Below, one piece after another: positions 13,401 through 25,302 of a stretch of 64,000 nt of DNA; positions within the stretch are counted from its first letter, which is position 1; every line of letters begins with the position of its first letter. Both the position numbers and the translations under genes were made by a program. The notes below the pieces were generated by a model. That model did no database searches. It was not told the origin of the DNA and saw nothing but the letters and a program-made list of their open reading frames with translations. Source of the DNA: Orbicella franksi (taxonomy: Eukaryota); assembly GCA_964199315.1 (NCBI GenBank), contig OZ116703.1, positions 5,642,001 through 5,706,000 of the forward strand, written 5' to 3'.

Positions 13401-16400
13401 GGCCCTCAGCTACTTCCCTGCGAATCACTCAGCACATTTTATTGGCAGAACAGTAGTACCAACTAAATTCACTTTGTTATGACATTGTGCAAGAATGTTT
13501 AGTGTCCAAAATCCATAGAACTCTTTTTTGGATGAGTATATTTGATTGGCCCTTGATGTTACAGGCGAACTTGCCTGTTGTTGATATAATTCACCCAAAA
13601 AGCAACAAGTTTCTTCCGGGTGTGAAGATCAAGGTACCAGGTGACTAAAAATTTCATGACAACCCTACTATGGATAAATTGAAAAGCACTTACGTATGCA
13701 ACTCCTTTCATCAGCAAGCAGCTCCATCCCGTTTGGACATTCGCATTTAACTCCCGAAGGCCTGAATAAACACAGATGACTACAATTTCCATTGTTACGC
13801 TGGCAGTCATTAGCACCTAGAGAAGAAATGTGCCATACAGATACTAAGTACATGTTTCCCTATAAATCCTACTCAAAAGAATCACTGGTACCAAAAATGA
13901 TTCATCTATTTCTCACCATATGTGAGGTTAAGATTGACAGCTTTCAATCCCATCAAATCAGGCAAGCTGTCAATGATTGTTAGTCTGTCTTTGCGGGTTC
14001 TTTTGTTCACACTCTCTATAGCCCTTTTCTGCCAGTCTGTCCAATATAGACGATCAGCAAGGACAGTAAAACCAAAGATGTGTGGTAACTTGTCACTCAG
14101 GACCACTCTGCGACTACTCCCATCCAAATTCATGACCTCAATCTTGTCCAGCTTGGCATCAGCCCAGTAGATCTTGTGGGAAAGATAATCAATGGTAAGA
14201 CCATTAGGCCACGCCACGGAGTCATTGACCAAAATGGTGCGGTGACTCCCATCCAGTGCTGCTCGTTCAATCTTCGGATGCTTTCCCCAATCAGTCCAGT
14301 ACATGTACCTGGGAAAGACAAAATTGCAGAATCAATTATGATAGACGTTTCCACTTGCAAAGCCACAGGCATTACATGAGATACACAAGTGGAAGAAGTA
14401 ACCTCTGTTCTCTGTAACTCCACTTAGAATTTCTGGCTTTTAGTTACCTTCTATTGGCTTGCAAATACCAGTATTGACAGAGGCTCAGTTCTTTATTGAC
14501 ATTATAATTAATTTACAATCTACCTTCATTTTTCTTTCAATCTTCATTTTTGTTCCTCAACTTACACTTTTTCAATTAGACTGGCTGGCAGATAGCTAGT
14601 GCTAGAGCTATTTTACATTTAGAAACCCACACAATAGCAAGTAGACAAACATGTTTACAACTGGAAAGTGCATGCAAAACTAAGCTGTCAGAAGAAGTTT
14701 CACATCAAACATTTATCAGAGTTAAGAAGCATATACATGTACTGTATGTGATTAATTTTTGATAAGTACTTGCTAACAAGCGCAGTTGGACCCTGCTAAT
14801 TCGAACGTGGTTTTTTTTAAGTCCATGTTAAACATTTCAAACTTTAAACCATTTCCCCTGGATTTGCCCTTTTGTATTGGCTATTTTTAGTAGATTTTGT
14901 ACTGGCTATTTTGAACTCGCGCTATTTCAAACAAATTTCCATTTCTCCTGAGAGTTCGAAAATAGCTGGGTGCAACTGTAGATAAAAAAGATCCTTCCTT
15001 AACTTTTCTGCCAGACGTACAAGAAAACAGCAAAGAAAAGTCTTTATTTACCCATGAGTTGGATCTAATGTTATCGCTCGAGGTTCATCAAGATTTTCAC
15101 TGATAAGAACTTTTCTTGATGAGCCATTCAGCCTGCTGACTTCAATTCTATCAGTGCCTGTGTCTGTCCAATACAAGTTCCGTGCAACCCAGTCAACTGC
15201 GACACCATCAGGATGTTTAACTTCACTGGAAACTAGGACCTCAACGTCTAAACAAGAAAACAATAGCATTTTACAATATTGTCAGTAATAGTGAACACCT
15301 AATACCTCTGATGCTTTAATCCTCCCTGAAACATTATCAGAGTTTGAATGGCCAAAAAAAATAGGGCGTTTAGCTGTATATAAATGTAGGGGTGGCAAAT
15401 AGTCCTTCAAAAACTCTGGGTCTCACAAAATTTTAGTCAAATTTCACAGGTCTCGCAGTCTTGTCTTTTTAGCGGTTACGTATGTCTCACAGTCTCGACT
15501 TTTATACGAAGCTCTCTCGGAGTCTTGACTTTTTGCAAGGTTAAGGGTTTCGAAGTTCCGTTTCGTTTGTTTGTTTTAATAAATGAGATCTTCTCGTCAC
15601 CTGATATTGAATTTCAATAAAGCAACTTTCAATTATCCGAGAAAAAGTTAATCCAAACTTCTGGGCACCAAATTGTCTGAATTCCACAAAAAGCTACAAA
15701 ACTTACTGCAACGTCATTTTGGCGCCAAAAAAACAGTTATTTTGTTCCAGGATATCTTAACGTAGTGTGTTCCAGTCAAATTTCCAGTTCCAGCTTGTTC
15801 GCAAAGGCTGGCTAAGAGATCAAAAGGGGAATCAAGAAGCCGCACACAACCCACGATAGCTCATGATGAAACCCATAAAGTCGAAGAACTTATCTGTTGT
15901 CCCCTGTGGAACTGTGTAAAGGCACAAGTATTTACAACAAAAGGCTCCTTTGTAAGGCTTCTGTACAAGCTCATTCTCGCTCATTCTTATAGCTCTCAAC
16001 TAAATCTGGGGCTCGAATTTTAAGAGTCTGTGCCCCTCACGCTTGCACTCAAAACACTTTGAAGTTTCAGTCTCACAATCTAAAAAGTCAATATGTCTTG
16101 GGTTCGCAAAGAAAAGCGCTAGTCTTGTCGTCTCGCAAATTCCCGCATTTACCATTCACAACCCCTAAATGTAACACATCACAAACAATGATCTCAAGAA
16201 GCAATCGTAAAGCCCTCACCCCAGGAAATTAAAGTGATAAAACAATATAATGAATCACCAAACAGATTTATCAGTACTGTCACAACAAGCTTACTTTGTC
16301 CATTCATTCTACATCTCTTGATTTCAAGTTTCTCATCATCGCTCCAATAAAGAAATTTATCGACTGGATCAAAATCGATGGCAACTGCATGCCTAATACC

Positions 16401-19400
16401 AGAAACTGGTACAACCACATCAGTAAGATCAGGTGTGTCAAGTGATATGCGACGCAGGTCCTCCTTCCTTGCTAATAATAAGAAATGGATAGGACCTGTG
16501 AAGAAAACAGTTTCCCGTTAGTGAACTAAATGCACAAACTTGTCAGCAACTGATTTCTAGGTTTTACTCTAGAACATCTGAAAGAAAAATCTGCTAGTAA
16601 AAGGTTTGCGTTGCAGGAGGAGGGATGTTGATGGCACAGTTGATGGCACAGTTGATGGCACAGTTGATAAAGTGCTCACTTACATCACATTCCTACCAAT
16701 GTGACGTAATTTTTTTTTCTTAGACCCAGTGCCATAAGTGAGTTGAGTTTGTTTTTGGTCCAGGTACTTGCTCTAAGGGTTTTTACCAAGTTCTTCACTT
16801 TTCCTCCATCCACAAAACACACCACTTCAACTTCCAATTCGATCTCAATATAAAAGTTAACACTTAATAACGAGTTCATGGGAGCCATTCCATATTTCAT
16901 GGGTGAATAATAGTGGTGTAATGATTAATTGAATTCTCAATTAATCAGGATTATGACCGTTCGGTTTGATTCATGATTCTTCAATTCCAGGTTTCAACTT
17001 TGGTTCGATATTTTGCATACCTTCCCCAGGGTGCCCTCAATGAGTTATTATATTGTGAAATCAAAATCCAGAACTCTTTAACATATGCTTTTGATTGATG
17101 AGCACAGACGTTTGCAGTTTGTGCGCCACTTTGTGTCGTTTGGTAAAAATGTTGCCCTTCTACCACCAGCAATTGTGATTTAGATCTGCTGTGTGGAAAT
17201 ATTTTGCACAATTGAATTGAAATAATCAAAATCAAAAGGCAATAATCAAAATTGAGTCAAATCGCAAGGAATACAAATTGTTACACTCCTAGTGAATAAA
17301 TGATAATTTTTTACAGCTTACTTTGCCCGCATGTTTTCCCATCAGATAAAAGCTTCACACCAGTCGGGCAAGCACATGAATGACTATGAGCATTCAACAG
17401 ACATAGATGGCTGCATCCTCCATTTGAGGTGGAATTGCACGGGTTTTGCCCTGTCAAGTTAACCATACTTGTATGTCAGTAAAATAATTCTAAATAATGG
17501 GATTTTATCGAAAATTCTTTGAATTAGTTGAGAATCTGGATCCAAATATGAACACAAAAAGTACATGTACTTTTACACAGGATCAGATCAGGGTTTTTTT
17601 TTTCTTTTTCTTTCTTTTTTTTTAGTGATTTTTAAATTAGCTTGATGTAAATACCTTTTTTTAAGCTCCCATAATGTTGTACATTACTTAATTTAAATCG
17701 TGGAACACCTGGAAACTAGCGAACAGCTAAGTGTGTACTTTTCCATGTTAAATAAAGTACGTCTATGTCTATGTCTATCAAAGACAAAAGACAAAATATT
17801 CCTGAAGTCTCAAATTGAGGATCAGAAATGAAGGTACAAATAACCAAATAAATAAATAAATATTTATGAGTCAAATGTATTAAGTATTGCTGTGCTAATT
17901 TGGGACGCTGTTAAGAAATAAGCAAATACTGCAAATAAAATCAACTATTAAGAATCCCCACTGGTGGGAGGCTGACAACTTGGCTATTTACACAATGCAT
18001 TTGAGGAGTTGAACTCGTGACTACCAAGAACAAATCCAGATAGCATTAGGGTAAAAGATTTGAACCAAGGACCTCCAGATTTTGAATCAAGGAGCCTAAA
18101 CCACTCAGCCACACCACCTCCATTCCCTTAAGCCAGGAAATTCTGCTGGCTACCAGCTCTCACTGAAAATCATGAAGTGATCTTTATTTTCACAAGGAAT
18201 AAAAATAATGACTTTGCAGAGCAACCAGCTCTGTTCAAATGCCATTTAGCAATAAAGTGACAACAATCAAATAAAAATTAAACTTACCAGGCCTTGGCAG
18301 CTGTCTTCTTGGTTCAAACGCATGAATATCCATAGGAGAATAAGCATTTGACAAAACCATCTGACAACGTGTACCAGTATTCTTGTTCGTAGAATGAATG
18401 CCTCTTGTTTTCCAATCAGTCCAATAAATTTTATTCTCATATAATGTCACGGCAAATGGATGGCCCAGTACACATTGACTGGGCATGGGAGTTCTGAATA
18501 TTCTCTGACGGTTTGAACCATCGTAATTAGCTTTAGCTATATAAAACAATTTTGCATCTGTCCAGTATATTTTCTCATTACTGTAGTCTATTGTAAGCCC
18601 ATTGGGCCAATGAATATCATGTCGTATGATTATTCCACGGTTGGAGCCATCCATTTCAGCTCGCTCTATTTTGGGTTGCTCACCCCAGTCTGTCCAAAAC
18701 ATTAACCTAAAAAGAAAAAAACAGTTAGAGATGACTGCACTTTGACAATTTTAACAACCAAAACAAAAATTATTTTAGAGATCTACCGTATGTTTTCTCG
18801 TGCAGGATTACAAACGCATGTTACCACACTGCAATTTAATAATATTTACAAGGTCAACTTCAAAATTATATCCCAGTTGTAACAGGAATTAGTAGAATTC
18901 TACCAGTATGTTAATGCAAATGCTGCAGTCTGATTGGCTGCGCTACTTGTATACTATCAGCCATTAGAATGCAGTGGCTTGAGGTCATCTTTAAAATAAC
19001 GACGTTTTCTTGTCTTTGCGAAGTTACGGACAAACATTTAAATACAAATGGATAATTAAATTGCTGGGAAAACTAAACTGAAGGGCATTCACAGTTTTGT
19101 GACTTCAAAAAAAACTAGATGAACGTGCATACACAACAGTAAATTCTGAGCGAAAATTCAGTCCATGCGATTTTTCTAAAATGTTAAGTTAAACATGACG
19201 TACAAAAAAAATTGGAAAAGGATAGCTGCAGAAAATTTAAGAACGAATTTTAAAAAGTAATTGGACTATTTGCTCTTGATTTCTATGAGTTGATAGTTGA
19301 TTTGGCTTTTGGTCTCATCAAAGTTATTACCTCATAGAAATCTCAAGCTCATAATCTAATTGTCAAAGGTCCATCATGGCTACAGTTCTCTGGTGACTAA

Positions 19401-22400
19401 CATCTGGATCAGCTTGCTTTACAGAATACAGGTTGAAATTCAACCAAGATGAGATTTTACCAGAAAACTCAACACTTCTCAGTCCTGCTGAAAGGATAAC
19501 AACTGATCTAGTTATGGCTTGGGTACATGAAACAATGCCACAGTAGCAGACACCACACACAGGGTTCTCATTAAGTGTCGGCCACCGGCTCAAGAACCGG
19601 ATACTTCGATTTCTGAGCTGCCTACTTTTCGTGAAAGTAATGAAAATAAATAAAAATATCTGCCATCAAAGGGGACAACTTCCTTCTAAGCCATTTTTGC
19701 ATTGCACAATAAAATTAGCCTTCACATTTTCTTGTTGGTTAAGGTCTGTTTTGATTCCTAGCTGGTTCGTGTTTACCTCGCCAACAAACTGCCATATTGC
19801 TTTGTAGACATGCATCCTCAATCACAAACCAAGCCCAGCATGAATCTCGATTACGTACAGAGTTACCGGTAATTCGTTATTTGTACTGCAAATGTTGAAA
19901 ATGGCCGACTCAGGCCCAACAAAAAGACTGATGCAGCAAAAAACTATGGGATTTCTAAAAAAGAAAAAAGCTGCGGAAGTGCTTGAAGAATCAGTAGTTG
20001 AGTCTAACAGTCAGTAGTGGAGTCATCGCTCGATACCAGTGTGGATTGTGTCATGCCAAGCACATCTACAGCATCAATTCCAGTGGAAACACTACCCATT
20101 GAAAGCAAAAGCACACGTCCTGCTCTGTCCCTTAAAATTCTTGGTGTTTTGGCCTTTTCCAAAATTTACTATTTTTGAGGAAATATATCCAAAAGAATGC
20201 CTGAAATAGTATTTCAGAGCCTCTTGATTTCAAAATTTTCTAGGAGAGCACGTCCCCAGATCCCCCTAGGGGCTTGTGCCTTTGGCACTCAAAATTGGTT
20301 TCAACCATCTACTTCATGAAGCAAGCCATCTACTCCCTAAATTAATGAGAACCCTGCGTACATGTAATAGAAATTATAGATCTCTTCTTTTCAGGATTTT
20401 GGTGCTTTTTCAAGTCATCTACCTAACAAACTTTTGATTAGTATTTCCAGGTAATCCTGACCAAGATTCTATTTACTTTTTTTACCAAGATTTTGACAAA
20501 TATGGACCCGAATTACATGAGTTGATCATCCTAAGCATACATCTCGAACATTCCCAATCTTTATAACCACCTGTTTGTTATTTTTCATTCTTCCATCTTA
20601 CTGAATGTCACTTCAATAGCCAAAACTCACTGCGATTACATGTATGTAATTCATATTTCATAGTGGGCTTCTTTTAAAATTCTCTTTTCCCTTTGGCATT
20701 TATGTTTGCTACCCATTAGATTTGGTGGTAGAAAGGTTCAGGGTCGTCACAAAGATTTAAAGCAATTGGGTTTTAATGTTGCAGTATTCAGAAGAGTAGC
20801 CCCGAGTAGCCAGGCAAGATCATGACGCAGATAGTGATTTCCATTCGCAGCCAGCCACAGGTAGTTTTTATAACCCTGGGCTGGGCTGTTCAAAGCCTGA
20901 TTAAGCTAACCCAGGATTAGCAAGACTTTTCAGCAAGATTTGCTGTTTACAATGTTTGTCCTTCAGTTCTGAGCTTGACTAAGCTCAAACTACACAAAAC
21001 GTGAGCAGTAAAAAACATTTTTATACAAGAAAAATTACTACTTTCGGTTAACTTTTAATCCTGGGTTAGTGTTAACCAGCTTTTGAACAACCTGGCCTGG
21101 AGGTTTGCAACAACATAGAAATTGTGACAGATAGGGATTCAAGCCTTAAAAGAAGCACCAGTAGATGCTTCTGGCAGCTTCTGATTTCTCTGAACCAAAG
21201 CTGGCTTTGTGCACCACTCTGGCTCAAGGAGTTAGGTTACAACAGTAACCAGAGCTAGAAACTTAACACAATCATCTCTGTAGCTTTTGTGGGATGATTC
21301 ACTTCAGCTTTGGAAACGATGAGCATCTTACAAAGCACTTCTCCCCACAATGTCAATGTAACTGTCGAAGAAGCATAGTTGTGTCCGCGAGGAAAACACT
21401 AAACACGTGTATTTTGCTAAAAAATCTACTTGCAAGCACCGTATGACTCTGAAAAGCTAGATTGTCAAAACATTGGTAACCAGACATAGTCCTTAGACTA
21501 CACTCTTAAATACCCCATAAAAGAACTAAGTTAAGCATTAGGTACTGAATTAATAACATAGTTGTCAGAGGAGGGTCTTTTCATAAGTTATGACTGTTTA
21601 TCAGACAAATTTACACTTCATTGTATGACTGAGAATTCAAAACTGACCCCAATTTGCAATACACAAATTCCAGACTTAAAGGGAAAAGACACATCAACTT
21701 TAATCCGACGGGTCAAAGAGGGCAGACAAACAAGGCAGAATCTAATATTTCCTCTTTCCTTCCTCCAGTAGAGAAAATCTACCAAATCAGTCAATTTTCC
21801 TTTAATGGATTACAAAAAGAAAATGGAAACATCACCCAAAAATAACAAACCCACCAAACATGAGGTGGCCCCAGAAATCTCTTAATAGGATAATGACCTA
21901 ATCAAGCTCTTGAGCTTTTCCCAAACAAGCCTTGTTGTGCACTATCTATTTTCAAGGTCCTTAATTCTCCCATTTACTAGCTGTCAAAACTTGACAGACC
22001 TTTTAGGAAAGGTATGCCCGGTCAAATTCAATTGATTAAGCATTTAAATACTATACTCAAACAGGTATTTGATTCTTGCAAAATGCCAACCACAGCCAAT
22101 GCTCAGGCAAAAGAATAACAGGAACTACAAAGTGCATAAACACAGCAAAAACTGTGTTAAGTGAAAAATATACAACGACCTATCTTCACCAGTGCCAAAC
22201 AATTTGTAGAGAAAACACCAATATATGACTTACTGTTATCTCAATAAAAATGACAAAAATTATGGTACAGAAAGGCTAATATTTCACGTGGTAGATAAAT
22301 CAGCAACTTAAGATTTTTATCCTTAAGACTCTCAAAAAAAAGAAACAGAAATATTATCTCAAAATTCGGGGGTTACAGACATTGGAAATGAAACCAAAAG

Positions 22401-25072
22401 CAAGTGGAGTAATTGTTGTTCATCATCAAAGCATAACATTATACATTTTTCTCTCCTTGCTACTAATTTACGCGAGCAAATTTGCACTCTGTTATTACAC
22501 ATTGTAAATAAATCCTCTGAAACAATGGATAATTAGTAAAACATTCACTGGGCCTCAATTTTAGAAAAGGTCAAATGAAATGTTCTGCTGACCCATTGTC
22601 TTTGGCCATTAACAAAGCCTTCTTCAAAGCTCTTTTTATATGGGACCATAGATTACTCAAGAATAGATATTGCACGTAAAGAGGTGGTTAACAAAAACCC
22701 AAGCCATTTACTTGTGCTAAGGATTTTCACAGCAAAACAGCCACTCATTAGCAAGACAGAGAGGGAAAAGGCTTGCTTTGCAGCACAATCAACACTGAAT
22801 TCCTAATTAGCCAACAGAGAGAGACAGAATTTTAGCTCCCCCTGAACTGTTACTTCTAAAAACAAATAACTGAGATTTTTTTGGTTCCAAAAGAAAACCA
22901 CCAATAAATTATTTTTTTCTTTTAGACACTTAACTTCAAGTCCTTGGTCACAAAATGACACACTTGGCCCAGTCAGAAGAAAACAACAGGGGGTTATTAA
23001 AACAAAGCAAGCTTAAATTCCAGTAAAGATCTGTAAGCTGCCTTCAGAAAATAGTATTGAATTCTAATACTGGATGCCTGCAACAAATTCCTTGTTGCTT
23101 ATTCATGGCTTAGCAGATTTTCAGTACAAAACACACGTTGACGAAGAGAAATCCCAAAGCAGGCTTGCAGAAATATGCTGATAAATTGCTGTTGGCTCAC
23201 TGCAGCTCAAAGATTATAATGTATTTTTAATTGAGTATAGTTCATTAGCCTTTCCTAGTGGAAATCTCTTAAAAGCACAAAGCTATTTAAATGCTCCCCA
23301 AATGATAAGCTTTGCCAAAGCCAAGCAAGGGCATTTCTGTACCGGAAATTGTTGAATATTTTTAGTCAAAGCAGTGCACAAGTAGCATCAACCAAACTCG
23401 ATTTGTGTAGGCCAACAAAAAAATAAGATTTCAAACTTACCCTTTGAGTGGGTCCACAGCAATAGCCCTTGGAAGACCCAAGTTTTTCCAGAAAAGAACT
23501 TTGCGATTAGTTCCATCTAAATTTGCAACTTCGATTCTATTCCTTTCCCAGTCAGAATCTCTACAGTCAGTCCAATATAACTTTTTCGCTATCCAATCTA
23601 CAGCCAAACCCTCGGGTTTCTTCAAACCCACCGAGATCACATCCTCGACTTTCCTTGTGTCTCCTGTGACACGAATTCGCTTGATTTTCTCCAAGCTAAC
23701 ATCCGTCCAAAACACAAATCCTTCAGCAAAGCAAAAATCCACAGCGATGGCATCTTCGAGTCCATCGACGACTATAGTTTCGTTCGGATTCTTGGAGCTC
23801 GTCCGAACAATTCTAATATCCTTACGGTTTGCGTATAAAAGTCTCAAAGAATTACCTGTGAACAAAAAACACACTGAATTAGCAACGACGCTGGGATAAA
23901 AGAAGAATAGAATCAAGAATACCAAATGCATTACAACTGACTTCATACAGATGAATCGAAGATAATTGAGTTATTCACTGCGTTTACGGAAGGGAAACGT
24001 GGGTGACGGATTTTTTTGCCTAACCTCGCAGCTGAAAAAGATCTAGCAAGTAAAATCTGGATAAATAGCGGCCAAATATGTTTCTAGAAACGGGCGTCGT
24101 TGCTTTCTACTAATTCATCTCCAATGTTCTCCGAGGATTTGCTAAATGTTCTGTAAATAAACATGATAATTTAAGCCTACAAGTTCTCTTGCAAGACGCA
24201 CGTAGGAAACAAGCAACCTTCTATTGAACGATCACGTACTTTAACTTGCTAAACCACTAAATCTGACTCCTTCCACAAAGCTATGAACGAAAATTCTATT
24301 TACTCAGTTCGAGTTTGGCCGTGAATAAGATACTAGGCGAATGTAAACTGCTGCATACCAAACTGGATGGCACTTCGCGTGGCGAACGAAACGGTATTCT
24401 TGTTACATAAATCTACAAGTTTAATGCCATCACGCAATGAGAAATTATACTCAAGTTACCCTCAAAGAACCCTTTGGCTGTCGTTTAACAGAATTCTGCA
24501 TTCCTGAGCAAGTATCCGAAGTGTACAAGAACCGAAAATGTCTTAACACACCACGTGCAAATGAATTTATGAGAGCAAATGTTGTTGTTGTTATTACTTA
24601 TTCGGTATGCTCCCGTTCGCTGTGTTAAGGCTGTAGAGATCATCAATGCAGTCGACTGAATTTTTAGACATTAAAGCTCCGTTTTGGTACGAACAAGGCT
24701 AGAGATCACCATCTTGAAACAGCTGTACGTTCGCCATTTACAATCTCCACACGCCGTTCAATGACGGATCAATAATGGAACAAAATGGACGACAACTACG
24801 GTGTAAATTACAAGTTTTTAAGCACTAAAGATCTCTCAAAAAGAACCCAATTCTATCAGCTGTAAATGCAAGTGTCCTTCTTTGTTCAAAGGAACATTTA
24901 GCCTCACATAAAACTCAAGTATTCATTACGGAGAGAGAAATCCAGTACTAAAAGCGCACCAATATCGCTCAACAGTAAAGAACAAGTTCGCATAGATACC
25001 CTTTCGAATGCACTTACCTAAACATATTCTGTGGAGTAGGCAAACCAAGCAAATTAATGCTTTGAATTTCAT
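4491..25072 (-). CDS. LRP6: LRP5/6 Wnt co-receptor, complete: signal peptide, 4 YWTD propeller+EGF pairs, 3 LDLa repeats, TM helix, 5 PPP(S/T)P motifs; 19 coding exons, 1664 aa
   Basis: Exons (+ coordinates): 25018-25072, 23441-23855, 18288-18706, 17322-17450, 16295-16495, 15052-15247, 13917-14308, 13694-13816, 12841-13231, 11913-12298, 11130-11258, 10397-10796, 9463-9647, 8569-8772, 7533-7652, 7007-7123, 6596-6712, 5750-5887, 4491-5368. All GT-AG, phases compatible, total 4995 nt. Starts [19 protein letters not shown]; tail motifs [51 protein letters not shown]. Single pre-duplication LRP5/6 type; the symbol is nominal. Confidence 0.96.
5416..5708 (-). mobile_element. tRNA-derived SINE, family A, in the last LRP5/6 intron
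   Basis: Head GGGAGGCGCGGAGGCCTCATGGTTAGTGCGCTCG; body closely matches the copy at 29448-29743; CTTTAC-type tail. Confidence 0.8.
6375..6548 (-). mobile_element. tRNA-derived SINE, family B
   Basis: A box TGGCCGAGTGG and B box GGTTCGAATCC followed by a non-tRNA body; degenerate second copy near 17945-18122. Confidence 0.7.
7965..8345. repeat. Modular palindromic element with a central hairpin of about 65-bp arms
   Basis: 8033-8100 is an imperfect reverse complement of 8120-8187; agtgaaaac/ttttcact modules recur about five times. Confidence 0.65.
8832..8902. repeat. Short (about 70 bp) hairpin repeat, copy 1
   Basis: aacctccttcccagggtttctc...gagagaccctggaaacgaggtt; second copy at 40952-41023. 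Confidence 0.7.
14783..14978. mobile_element. CAGT-terminated MITE (Tc1/mariner-like)
   Basis: cagttggaccctgctaattcgaac pairs imperfectly with gttcgaaaatagctgggtgcaactg, followed by TA on the right side. Confidence 0.55.
15389..16165. mobile_element. 777-bp non-autonomous DNA transposon with target-site duplication
   Basis: taaatgta|GGGGTGGCAAATAGT...ACCATTCACAACCCC|taaatgta; subterminal gtctc(a/g)ca motifs. Confidence 0.7.
17945..18122 (-). mobile_element. Degenerate SINE, family B
   Basis: Similar to 6375-6548 (tggctgagtggtttagg...ggttcaaatc...aaatagccaagttg...ggattctt). Confidence 0.5.
18880..19345. mobile_element. Element with tctgattggc near one end and a terminal hairpin
   Basis: gatttctatgag...ctcatagaaatc stem near 19275-19345; architecture resembles 37977-39136. 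Confidence 0.45.
19560..20356. mobile_element. hAT-like non-autonomous element, 15-bp perfect TIR CAGGGTTCTCATTAA
   Basis: TIRs at 19560-19574 and 20342-20356; no matching TSD found. Confidence 0.65.
20876..21098. mobile_element. MITE (ctgttcaaagcc...ttttgaacaacc); inverted partial copy at about 3335-3485
   Basis: Imperfect TIRs; internal aaactacacaaaacgt segment shared with the second copy. Confidence 0.6.
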
Positions 25073-25246
25073 CCTACGCTATCGGTTCGGTAGCTTCACC
25101 ATTAGAAACAGCGGTTGAATGCTCCAAGAGGCGAATTAAACCACATACAACCATGAATCAACTCTCAAGAACGAACGCAAATCAGACACAAATAGCTATC
25201 TACTCGGGTGGTTCAAGAGCCATTGTAGGATGACGAACGCTTCCGA

Positions 25247-25302
25247 CCAATAACGACGCTCCTCTCGACTTAAGGTCACATGAGCCGATCATGCGCTATT
25301 GG
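25247..25302 (-). promoter_or_regulatory. Probable LRP5/6 proximal promoter: two opposed CCAAT boxes around a TCATGTGA E-box
   Basis: CCAAT at 25247-25251, ATTGG at 25298-25302, gtcacatga at 25275-25283; CpG-rich patch 175-230 nt upstream of the ATG. Confidence 0.4.

Noticed and set aside
16626-16668. Short tandem repeats: GTTGATGGCACA x3.5 here, AATCAACGTG near 40583, TTTG runs near 62770
   Set aside because: Ordinary slippage repeats without spacers; not CRISPR-like.
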